Assembly (NCBI GenBank): GCA_965240325.2
Contig: OZ251222.1
Location: forward strand, 434,001 to 498,000
DNA length: 64,000 nucleotides
Direction: 5' to 3'
Source: Rebecca billardiae RCC1528
Lineage: Eukaryota; Protista; Haptophyta
Shown here: positions 1-8,654 of the stretch, piece after piece
How positions within the stretch are numbered: the first letter of the stretch is position 1
How the letters are laid out: every line of letters begins with the position of its first letter
Position numbers and translations under genes: made by a program
The notes under the pieces: model-generated
Databases searched by the model: none
Told to the model about the DNA's origin: nothing
The model's input: only the letters and a program-made list of their open reading frames with translations

Positions 1-433
1 CGACGAGGCGCGCGAGCAGTTCCGGTTATTTTCTTCGGGATCATACATCGTCGTCGTCAGTCTCTCTCTCTCGCTGCGACTCAGTGACTCAGTGACTCAG
101 ACTCTCGCTCTCGCTTATCGTCCGATTGCCCTGCTTAGTGCTTGCGCCGTCGCGCGGGCTCCCTCGACGAGCTCGCGGCGCAATATATAAGGCGCTGCGC
201 TGCTGATGATGCCGCCTGCATGATGCCTGATGATTATACATCATCAGCGTGATATGTCTCAGTTATCGACGATCGCGGCGGATGATCGGCGCGAGCGAAT
301 AATTGCGGCCTGCACGCAGCACTGACACTGCTCAGTGTCATGCTGAGTGACTACGTCTACGGCGTGACGCAGCGAAGCAGAGCTGGAATTTCTCGCGCGG
401 GCCGCACGCAAGGCGTCAACATCGCGTCCATCG

Positions 434-475
434 CCAAGCCCACCGGCGACGTCACCAAGCCCACCGGCGACGTCA
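434..475. repeat. 21-bp tandem duplication (CCAAGCCCACCGGCGACGTCA x2)
   Basis: Two exact adjacent copies, 434-454 and 455-475. Confidence 0.9.
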
Positions 476-565
476 CGTGGTGGGCCAAGCGGCAAGCCCA
501 CCGCGGACAACCACACTCACCTCCTGCGCCGCCAACCAGCCCCACGCCGAGCCCGATCTTCGATC

Positions 566-1048
566 TCAGCTGTTCCGAGGACCGAGGAAGCTGTCCAGGT
601 GCAGCAGGCACTGCTCGTACAAGATGACGAGCCACGCGCACGAGTCTGCCAAGAAGGCGCGCACGGCGTCGGCTGGCGTGGCACTGGCAACTTTGCGGGC
701 CACAAGCACGCGCTGACCGGGCACCCAGCGGCACAGCTCGTGGGACCACTTGGCCAGCACGGCTGCCGGTACGATGATTAGCACGCGCTCATGTGGCCGC
801 TCGGCCAAAACGATCGCCTTCGCGCTCTTCCCGAAGCCCATTTCGTCGGCCAGCACCTGGCCGTCGTACTTGTCCAGGCGCTCTAGCACCATGCGCGCGC
901 CTTCCCGCTGCTCGGGGCTGAGCTGGAGGCCCTCGACCCCATGCCCGAGCTCATCGTCTGCTGCGCGCGCTTGACAGGAGGGCAGCGTGCGCGTAAACAA
1001 AGCGAAGCAGGCAAAGGACGGGGTTGAATGGATACCAACCACCCACAC
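566..1048 (-). pseudogene. Truncated SNF2-family ATPase (N-terminal lobe fragment)
   Basis: Contains Q motif LSPEQREG, Walker A LADEMGFGKS and motif Ia LIIVPAAVLAKWSHELCRW. The frame stops at 566 before any DEAH motif. An upstream exon may lie in ORF 883..1374. Confidence 0.6.
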
Positions 1049-1406
1049 GTGAGCGCGCGAGCGTCATCCACGACGCCTCTCCGCACCACGGCGGCAACGC
1101 ACACGCGCAGCACTGGAAGAAGCCGAGCACGATTCGAACTAGTGTCAGAAGATGCAGGAGCCGTCAGACGCGCGCGCCCGAGCGTGTCTCCCCCGGCGAC
1201 GCCATCGATCTGCCGGCTCACTTGCCTCGACGTGGCCACGCGCGCCGTACACGCCGCCGCCAGCTCGCGCCCGAGCGCGCTGCGCGGCACGCTCTCGACG
1301 GCCACGACCGCCGGCCGGGCCAGTGCAAACTGCAAGTGCCAGTAACACGCGCGATACCGTGATGGCGGAGGCACGCCGAGCCCAACGGCCCAAGACTGGC
1401 TGAGAG

Positions 1407-3521
1407 ATGGGGGCCCTTGCGCGGCTGCTGGCCGTGGGCCTCGCGGTGCCCCCCGCGAGGGCGGAGCGCGCGCGAGCGTGTGGCCCGTCCATGCGCTGCG
1501 TCGTCCCGAACCCTCGCACGCCGGCCGAATGCCTCGCGCGGAACGGCCAGGGTGATGGGTACCTGTACGTGCCGGCGGCCAAGGCGGTGGCCGGCGCGTG
1601 CGCGACGCTGCAGCACTGCACGTGCTTCAAGTGCATCCCGACGGACGCACCCGGCGTCCCCCACCGGCATCGGGCCGCACCGGCGCTCAAGTCCTGGCGT
1701 GAGCCGTGCGGTGCGCGAGGCGAGGCGATGGCCATCCACGAGGCGACAGGGGACTTTGCCTCGCCGCACGCGGCGCGCACGTGCGTCCAGGCGTTCTCGC
1801 GCGCGGCGGCGGCGAACGCGCGGGCGTTCGAGAGGCGCGTCAGTCTGCCGAGCGTCCTCGCCAGCGCGCGCTGCCAGCTCTGCCTCACCACGCTGCTCGG
1901 CGGCGCGCTCTGGTGGTACCTGGAGGCACACGGCGTGTTCATCCGAGCGCTGCAGCGCGTCGAGCCCAAGTTCGACGCGCCCGTCGTGGTGGTGGACGCG
2001 ATGGTCGGCGCGCGGCTGGGCGCGAAGGGCCGCGCGCACGTCGCGAGCGCGTACGCCCGCACCTACTTCTTCGAGCCGCTCATCCCGCCGTGGCCGGTGA
2101 ACCGGACGGGCGGGCAGCTGCTGCTGCCGTCGGTCGCGCTGCCGAGCGGCGCGGCGTATCAGCCGGTCGCGAAGGACCACGACTCGCCGTCGGTGAAGAT
2201 GGCGTTCTACCTGCGGCTGCAGGTGTTCCTCCTCTCGTCGTGCCCGGCCGTCCTCGCCGTCGACTCAGCGGACATGCTCCCGCTCCGCCCGTTCACCGCG
2301 GCCGCAGTGTCGCGCACGCACACCCACGGCTTCTCAGCGGTGCCGCTGTGCACAGGGCACGCCTACTTCAACGCCGGGCTCTTCGCGATTGGGGGGCGGT
2401 TCCTCGCGCCAGCCGAGGCGGCGCGCACGTTCGGCGAGATCACGATCATCGGGCTCTCGCCGCCGTGCCCCGACCGCTTCGTCCCCGGCGTGTGGTTCTC
2501 CGACCAGTCGGTGCTCAACTCGATGTTCCACCAGAAGCAATTTCGGCAACTGCCGCGCGACATGAACGCAGACAAGCGGATGAGCCGGCGCTTCCCGGCG
2601 TGCGTGCGCAGCAACCCGGCGGTGGTGCACCTGCAGGGCTCGAAGCCGTGGGTGCCCTTCGCCGCGCGGCACCACCGCGACATGCTCCCGCAGACCCTGC
2701 GCCTCGAGCACCTCTGGTGGCGCGAGTACCTGCGCGACAAGACGGTCGTGGTGGGCTCGGGGCCGTCCGTGCGCGCGCCGTTCGGTGTGTACATTGACAT
2801 GTGCCGGAGCGTGCTGCGGGTGAACGACTCCCCGCTGGGCGAGAAGAACCAGACGGGGAAGCGCACGACGCACGCGCTCGTGCACAAGGCGACGCGCGGC
2901 ACGCCCGCGCTCAAGCGCACGCTCGCCGCGCTGCCACGCTCGCACGTACTGCTCGCGCCGTTCGGGGAGCCAGCAGCCGTGCTGCAGACGCGCATGCGGC
3001 AGCCGAGCGGCACGCGCCTCCGGCTGAGCCAGCTGACGGTGCTCGAGCCGTACTACTACCAGGGGCTGATGGGCGAGATGGAGTACGCGCTCGGCGCCGG
3101 CGCCAGCGCCGGCGCCGACAGCGCGGGGACCAAGCCGCGGCGCCGCCCCGGCGCCAAGGCCAAACGCGTGAAGCACCCGCTGACCGGGACGATCGCGATC
3201 GCTTGGGCGGTGCGCAACACGCGCGAACGGCCGGTCTACGCGATCGGCTTCGACATGACGATGGGCGGCGCGGCGGAGGGCGCGGCGGCGTACGAGCACG
3301 CGGACGCGGCGACGGGTGGCCGAGTCGCCATGCCCACCGCCTCGCTCGACCGCTTCCACCACGTCGAGGCCGACCGCGCGTACCTGCGCCAGCTGGTCGA
3401 GGACGGCACGGTCGCGCTGCTCGACAGCCTCCCGCTGCCCAGCTTGCAGGATCAGCTACAGCAGCCGACGACCGACCTTATTCAGCATCAGCATCACGCT
3501 GCTGAGATGGCGCACAGATGA
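1407..3521 (+). CDS. Glycosyltransferase with GT8-like domain fused to a GT29 (sialyltransferase-like) domain
   Basis: GT8 motifs: VDSADML, YFNAGLF, DQSVLN, HLQGSKPW. Sialylmotif L: VVVGSGPS..IDMCRSVLRVNDSP..TGKRTT. Motif S: PLTGTIAIAWA..VYAIGFD. VS-like: HHVEAD. Single 704-aa ORF. Confidence 0.8.
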   Translation: MGALARLLAVGLAVPPARAERARACGPSMRCVVPNPRTPAECLARNGQGDGYLYVPAAKAVAGACATLQHCTCFKCIPTDAPGVPHRHRAAPALKSWREPCGARGEAMAIHEATGDFASPHAARTCVQAFSRAAAANARAFERRVSLPSVLASARCQLCLTTLLGGALWWYLEAHGVFIRALQRVEPKFDAPVVVVDAMVGARLGAKGRAHVASAYARTYFFEPLIPPWPVNRTGGQLLLPSVALPSGAAYQPVAKDHDSPSVKMAFYLRLQVFLLSSCPAVLAVDSADMLPLRPFTAAAVSRTHTHGFSAVPLCTGHAYFNAGLFAIGGRFLAPAEAARTFGEITIIGLSPPCPDRFVPGVWFSDQSVLNSMFHQKQFRQLPRDMNADKRMSRRFPACVRSNPAVVHLQGSKPWVPFAARHHRDMLPQTLRLEHLWWREYLRDKTVVVGSGPSVRAPFGVYIDMCRSVLRVNDSPLGEKNQTGKRTTHALVHKATRGTPALKRTLAALPRSHVLLAPFGEPAAVLQTRMRQPSGTRLRLSQLTVLEPYYYQGLMGEMEYALGAGASAGADSAGTKPRRRPGAKAKRVKHPLTGTIAIAWAVRNTRERPVYAIGFDMTMGGAAEGAAAYEHADAATGGRVAMPTASLDRFHHVEADRAYLRQLVEDGTVALLDSLPLPSLQDQLQQPTTDLIQHQHHAAEMAHR

Positions 3522-3646
3522 TAGTTGGTATGCCGTCGTGTCACAATAATAGTATAGTAGTCAGCATCAGTGTCATCGCACTCCTACTATAATATTATAT
3601 TGGCGTCGTCGTCACCATCATCGTCAGCGGCCACTGCGCGCGAAGA

Positions 3647-6600
3647 CTATGACGCGCACGACGCAGCACGGCTCATGCTGCCGGCCATGCTGCTACTGCA
3701 CGACGCGGACGCGCCCGAGCCACCGCCGCCGCCTTCCGCGAACACCGACGACGGCGCGGCCGCCGCGGCGGCTACGTCCGAGCCCTCGTCCGGGCTTGAG
3801 CCCGCGCACTGCTCGTGCGTGCCGTTGCCAGCGGCGGCCACTGCGCTGAGGGCGGCTGGCCGCGACGCTGCCGGCGCGCCATCGGCCGGCGCGCCTGCGC
3901 CGACCCCTCCGCGCCCCGCCGCCGCCCCGGAGCGCACGGCCGGGCCGCCCGGAGCGCCCTCGAGCGGCTCGCCCTCAGCCGCCGCCGCGGCGTGCGCCGC
4001 CGCGACCGCCTCCAAGCCGGCGGCGATTCTGGGCAGCAGGTGCAGCCGGCTGAGCAGCTTGGTGAAGGTGCCCCAGCGCACGACCCCGTCGCCGACCGTC
4101 TTGGACAGCGCGCTCTGCAGCTCGGACTCGTCGTCTGCGCCGACCTCGGCGCTGGCCGCGCCGCCATCGGCAGCCGGGGCGGCATCGGTCTCGTCGGCGC
4201 GAGCGATGATTGCGCCGCCGGGGCCGGCGGCGCCGCGCGCCGACGAAGCGGCCGTGCCGCCGCCCTCCTCCGAGATCGGCTCGGCGGCGAAGAGCGCCGG
4301 GCGCGGCTCGCTCGCGCCCGTGCCGCGCCGCGCCGCGCCACGCGCCTCCGTGCCTGCGAACGCGCCCGCCAGCGCGCGAAGCACAGCACCCGCCTCCAGC
4401 GCACTCATGCTCGTGCCCACCGCGCCCGGGCGCGCGGCCGGCAGGTGCGCGTCAAAGACGAGCGCGCAGAAGCCGAGGCTGTTGGCGCGCGCGACGCAGA
4501 CGCCGAGCGCGGCGAGCACGTCCACGTCCACCGACGCGGCGTGCACGTCGACCCCACCGTCTGCCGGCGCAATCAGTGCCACCAGCCGCCGGCACGTGCT
4601 CCGCCCCAACGCGCACGACGCGCCGCCGCCGCCGAGCGCGGCGGGCGCGCCGACGTGCGCGGTGGCTGACGCGTCGAGCTCGGGCGCGGGCGCCGCGTGC
4701 TCGCGCGCCCGCTCCTGCTCGCGGTACCGCGCCCATGCCGCGCGCGTCGCCGCCACGAGCGCGCGCTCCGCCTCCGCCCGCGACGCGCGCGCGTCGAGCG
4801 CGTCGACAGGCAGCAGCAGCGCGCGCAGCGCGTGCGTGCGCGCTCGCAGCACGTCCGGAGGCTGCACGTGCGCGCGCGTGCCGAGCTTGGCGAGGCGGGT
4901 GAGGCACGCGTCCTCGCGCTCCTTGCGCCGCTCGGCCAGCAGCGCCTCCGCCGCGCCGGCGCTCGGCAGGATCCCCGCGCCCGACGCCATTGCCCCGAGC
5001 AGGGGCTCCGCTTCGTACAGAGGCGCGCACGCGGCGCGCAGCGCGCCCATGGCCGCCGCCGGGTCCTCCGACTCGAGCAGGGCGGGCTTCGCGAGCTGCA
5101 CGATGGCTGCCGCGGCGGTGAAGAGCGGGAGCGGGCCCGACGCGGCGGAGGCGGGCGTGCGGCCCGGCTCCGAAGCCGCGCCCTCCCCCTCGGCCGCCAG
5201 CACGCCGGCGCGGGGCGGCGCGCTCAGGCTTCGGCCGAGCGCTGGCACTTCGACGCCCGCGCGCGCCGGCGCGCGCGCGGCGAGCGCCGCCGCCGCCGCC
5301 GCCGCGCCCACGCCCGCCGAGGCCGCGGCGGCGTGGTGCGCGTGCGCGCGCGCGCAGAAGAGGTGGTCCCACAGGCAGAACAGCGTGCCCGGCGGCAGCT
5401 GGTTCGCGAACAGGCACAGCAGCCATCGTGTGTACAGCATGGCTGCCGGCACGCCCACGCGAGCCAAGTGGGCCGCAAGCCGCGGCTGCGCGCGCGCGAT
5501 GGCGCGCTGCAGCACGTGCGCGTCGATGGAGACGCCGGCCATCGCGTGGGTGTGGTAGTCGGGCACGACGCGCTCGCACAGCGCGAGCAGCAGCGTGAAC
5601 GCGCACACCTCGTCGCCTACGAGCAGCAGCAGCGCCGCCACAAAGTTGAGGCTCTGGCAATAGCCGACCGCCGGTAGCGCGACGGCAAGCGCGCGCAGCA
5701 CGCGGCGCAGCGCGCCGCGCATCGGGCCGGCCTCGTGGCTGAACGCGGCGTGCTCGGGGAAGGTGCGCGGGAGGTCGCGCTCGATCTGCTCCCGCTCGCT
5801 CAGCGCCTCCGCCTCCTCCGCCGCCTCGCGCGCGTCCGCGCGCGCGAGCAGCTGCGCGTACTCGTCAGCGCTCAGCCAGCTCACGCCTCCGACCGCGCGT
5901 CGCCACACCTCCGCGCGGTGCGGCAGCGGCACGCGGCCGAGCGCGACGAGGCGGTGCAGCTCGAGCGCCGCGTCGGGCGTCGCCTCCGCGCGCGCGTCCG
6001 CGCGCCACGCGCGCATCCGCGCGTTCCACCGCCCGCTCCAGTCGCTCGTGTGCACGGCCGCGTCGGCCGCGGCGCGCGCGCGCGCAAACGTGTGCGCGTG
6101 CGCCGGCTCGACAGGGAAGCCGAACTCGTCGTGCACGGCGGTGGCGGGCTCGGCGGCGGGCGGGGGCGCAGGGCCGACGCCGCCGCCGCCGCCGCTGCCG
6201 CCGTCGATCGCGGGCGCCTCCGCGGACGGCTCGTCTGGAGAGCCGGAGAGCTGCTCGCCGCCGCGCGCTGCGGGGACGCGCGCCGCCGCCACCGCCGGCG
6301 GCTCGGCGCGCGGCGCGCGCGGGAGCGCGAGCGTGCGGCCGGTGAGGCGCAGGGTGAGCTCCCCGCCGCACGGCTCGAGCACCACGCGCGCGCTCTCCCC
6401 GTCGGGCGCGCGTGCGCCGAGCAGGCCCACGCTCAGCTCGGCCGCTCCCAGGCAGCGCGCGCGCTCACTAGACACCTCGTCAGCTGACGGGAGGCCGGCG
6501 CTCCAGAGGAGCTCGACGCGCACGCGCACGCGGCGCGTGGCGGGCGCGGGGAGGCAGAAGTGCTGCGACCAGACCATGTCCTTCTCCGCCGCGGACGCGC

Positions 6601-7018
6601 AGCAGCTGTCCGCCGTCTCCGCCGCGCCGGCGATCGAGACTCGCGCAAAGCACCACCCGCGCGCCGGCACGCTGGCAGCGCCGGCCCCGCCGTCGGCGGT
6701 GGCGTGCGCGCGGCGCGCGCCGGAGTAGGAGGCGATGAAGACGAAGACGTGCGCCAGGGCGCCCTCCGCGGGCTCGTCGTCCTCCGCCGCCTCCTCCACC
6801 GCGGGCAGCTCCGCAGGCGCGGCCGGCGCGGCGCATGGCTCGGAATGCGTCGCGGCGTGCAGGCGTCTGGAGGAGCGCAGCGAGTCCACGCGCTGGCGGA
6901 GCTTGTCGATCGAGAGCCTCCGCTCCGCGATCCGCTGCGCGTGCGCGTCCACGCGGTCGATGAGCGCGACGAGCGCCTCATCGAGCTCGTCCGCGCGGGC
7001 GCGAAGCGCCTGCGCCAT
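3647..7018 (-). CDS. TBC-domain Rab GTPase-activating protein with N-terminal coiled coil and C2-like region
   Basis: DEFGF, VPLPHRAEVW, IERDLPRTFP (Arg finger), GYCQSLNFVAALLL (Gln finger), WLLCLF. First ATG at 7018. Confidence 0.85.
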   Translation of the reverse strand: MAQALRARADELDEALVALIDRVDAHAQRIAERRLSIDKLRQRVDSLRSSRRLHAATHSEPCAAPAAPAELPAVEEAAEDDEPAEGALAHVFVFIASYSGARRAHATADGGAGAASVPARGWCFARVSIAGAAETADSCCASAAEKDMVWSQHFCLPAPATRRVRVRVELLWSAGLPSADEVSSERARCLGAAELSVGLLGARAPDGESARVVLEPCGGELTLRLTGRTLALPRAPRAEPPAVAAARVPAARGGEQLSGSPDEPSAEAPAIDGGSGGGGGVGPAPPPAAEPATAVHDEFGFPVEPAHAHTFARARAAADAAVHTSDWSGRWNARMRAWRADARAEATPDAALELHRLVALGRVPLPHRAEVWRRAVGGVSWLSADEYAQLLARADAREAAEEAEALSEREQIERDLPRTFPEHAAFSHEAGPMRGALRRVLRALAVALPAVGYCQSLNFVAALLLLVGDEVCAFTLLLALCERVVPDYHTHAMAGVSIDAHVLQRAIARAQPRLAAHLARVGVPAAMLYTRWLLCLFANQLPPGTLFCLWDHLFCARAHAHHAAAASAGVGAAAAAAALAARAPARAGVEVPALGRSLSAPPRAGVLAAEGEGAASEPGRTPASAASGPLPLFTAAAAIVQLAKPALLESEDPAAAMGALRAACAPLYEAEPLLGAMASGAGILPSAGAAEALLAERRKEREDACLTRLAKLGTRAHVQPPDVLRARTHALRALLLPVDALDARASRAEAERALVAATRAAWARYREQERAREHAAPAPELDASATAHVGAPAALGGGGASCALGRSTCRRLVALIAPADGGVDVHAASVDVDVLAALGVCVARANSLGFCALVFDAHLPAARPGAVGTSMSALEAGAVLRALAGAFAGTEARGAARRGTGASEPRPALFAAEPISEEGGGTAASSARGAAGPGGAIIARADETDAAPAADGGAASAEVGADDESELQSALSKTVGDGVVRWGTFTKLLSRLHLLPRIAAGLEAVAAAHAAAAAEGEPLEGAPGGPAVRSGAAAGRGGVGAGAPADGAPAASRPAALSAVAAAGNGTHEQCAGSSPDEGSDVAAAAAAPSSVFAEGGGGGSGASASCSSSMAGSMSRAASCAS

Positions 7019-7162
7019 CGCGTCTCGCAAATTGCGCGGCCCCGAGTCTGAGGCGCCCGGCCTGTCGATGCATCGACCCGTTGATGCAAGGGCCGTGTTG
7101 ATGCGCGCCCGGACGCGCGAGCTATTACCTACTTCATGGGCGGTGACAGTTGGCGGGCGTCA

Positions 7163-7215
7163 ATCTCGCCTGCCTGAGCTGTGTGCGTCTCTTACTGTAT
7201 TCTTAGTAAACTGTA
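7163..7215. repeat. Dispersed repeat, reverse complement of 59761-59808, with a 5-bp insertion
   Basis: ATCTCGCCTGCCTGAGCTGTGTGCGTCTCTTA[CTGTA]TTCTTAGTAAACTGTA matches the other copy exactly apart from the bracketed bases. Confidence 0.85.
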
Positions 7216-7301
7216 CGGCCCTTGCTACTGTTCATGAGCGCGGGGCGGCCGCTTGCTGCAATGGCCGCCTCGATGAGGTGCGGCAACGCGCCCCTCACCC
7301 A

Positions 7302-8402
7302 AGGGTAGTAAGGGTGAGCAACTCCGCTGGCGGCAGCCGCGAAGGTCGGGAGCCCTCTGTTTGCCGCGAGCGGAGCGGAGCGAGTACTATCAGCGGCGGA
7401 GGGCGCTGAGGCCGCGCACGGCGTGAGGCGCGGCGTCGGCCGAGTCGGTCCGCGGAGGATGCGCGGCGCTCGGCCCGCTGCGCAGCGGCAGTGCGCCTCA
7501 CTTTGCCCCGAGCGCCGTCCTCCGCGTCGCCTCCTGCCCGCCTTGGAGCAGCACGCATGTGCGCGCCGCCACCTTGAAGGCGGCACGGGCTTGCTCAGAC
7601 GACCGCGCGCGCGTGGCGCGCGACTTGGTCGGCTGCGCGCGCGCGCCGCCGCGGTGCAAGGTAGCGCCACCGCATGCGCGCGCCGTGCCAGCGCGAGAGC
7701 GTGTGCGCGGACCTGAGTGCGACCTCACACACATGTCGAATGCTGCTTGGCATCCGAGTTGCGGACTGACGGGAAGCTGGAAAAGACAGCGGCGTGAGTG
7801 TTGGTACCATCGTTGCGGAGCCTTAGCGTCCACTTGCATTCGTGCTGAGAAGGAATAGACAAGACTAGGCCTTCGTCCTGGGTATCCAATGTCACTCAAC
7901 ACCTCGCTGATCGACCCGACGAGTGCCAGCGTGAGGCACAGCAAATCATTCGTGAGAGCAAGCAGACAAGCGAGCACTACGCTCATGAGATGGCCGTGAG
8001 CAAAGGCTCGCGCGGGCACGGCGCGCGCATGCGGTGGCGCTACCTTGCACCGCGGCGGCGCGCGCGCGCAGCCGACCAAGTCGCGCGCCACGCGCGCGCG
8101 GTCGTCTGAGCAAGCCCGTGCCGCCTTCAAGGTGGCGGCGCGCACATGCGTGCTGCTCCAAGGCGGGCAGGAGGCGACGCGGAGGACGGCGCTCGGGGCA
8201 AAGTGAGGCGCACTGCCGCTGCGCAGCGGGCCGAGCGCCGCGCATCCTCCGCGGACCGACTCGGCCGACGCCGCGCCTCACGCCGTGCGCGGCCTCAGCG
8301 CCCTCCGCCGCTGATAGTACTCGCTCCGCTCCGCTCGCGGCAAACAGAGGGCTCCCGACCTTCGCGGCTGCCGCCAGCGGAGTTGCTCACCCTTACTACC
8401 CT
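7302..8402. mobile_element. Foldback / long-TIR non-autonomous element
   Basis: 396-bp inverted arms (7302-7697 and 8007-8402), one mismatch seen at 7690, with a 309-bp lower-GC spacer. No TSD found. Confidence 0.75.
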
Positions 8403-8654
8403 CGGTTGGTTGGATGGCGTTCGTGCAGATATACAGCAGCTGAAGAGGTTGCTGCTCGATCAAAGAACTGATGATGTCTTGCAGTCATCATCAGAAGAAG
8501 CCGAGCAGTTATTTAGCAGCGCCGCCAGTGATCTTGCTGCTGACTGCTCGGAGAGGGCGCTGGTGGCGCCGGTGCAGTCGGCACGCCCATGGCTGCCTTG
8601 TTGTGACGAGAAGCACACAGTGCGCGTCTGAGGTACGCGCTTGTGCATGGTTGT

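Noticed and set aside
3570-5558. Long alternative or antisense ORFs (also 16900..18078, 18245..19780, 24392..25930, 55615..57330)
   Set aside because: Ala/Arg/Pro-rich shadows of motif-bearing genes; expected at this GC content.
7301-7318. Telomere-like AAGGGTAGTAAGGGT at the foldback ends
   Set aside because: Only two imperfect units; not a telomeric array.
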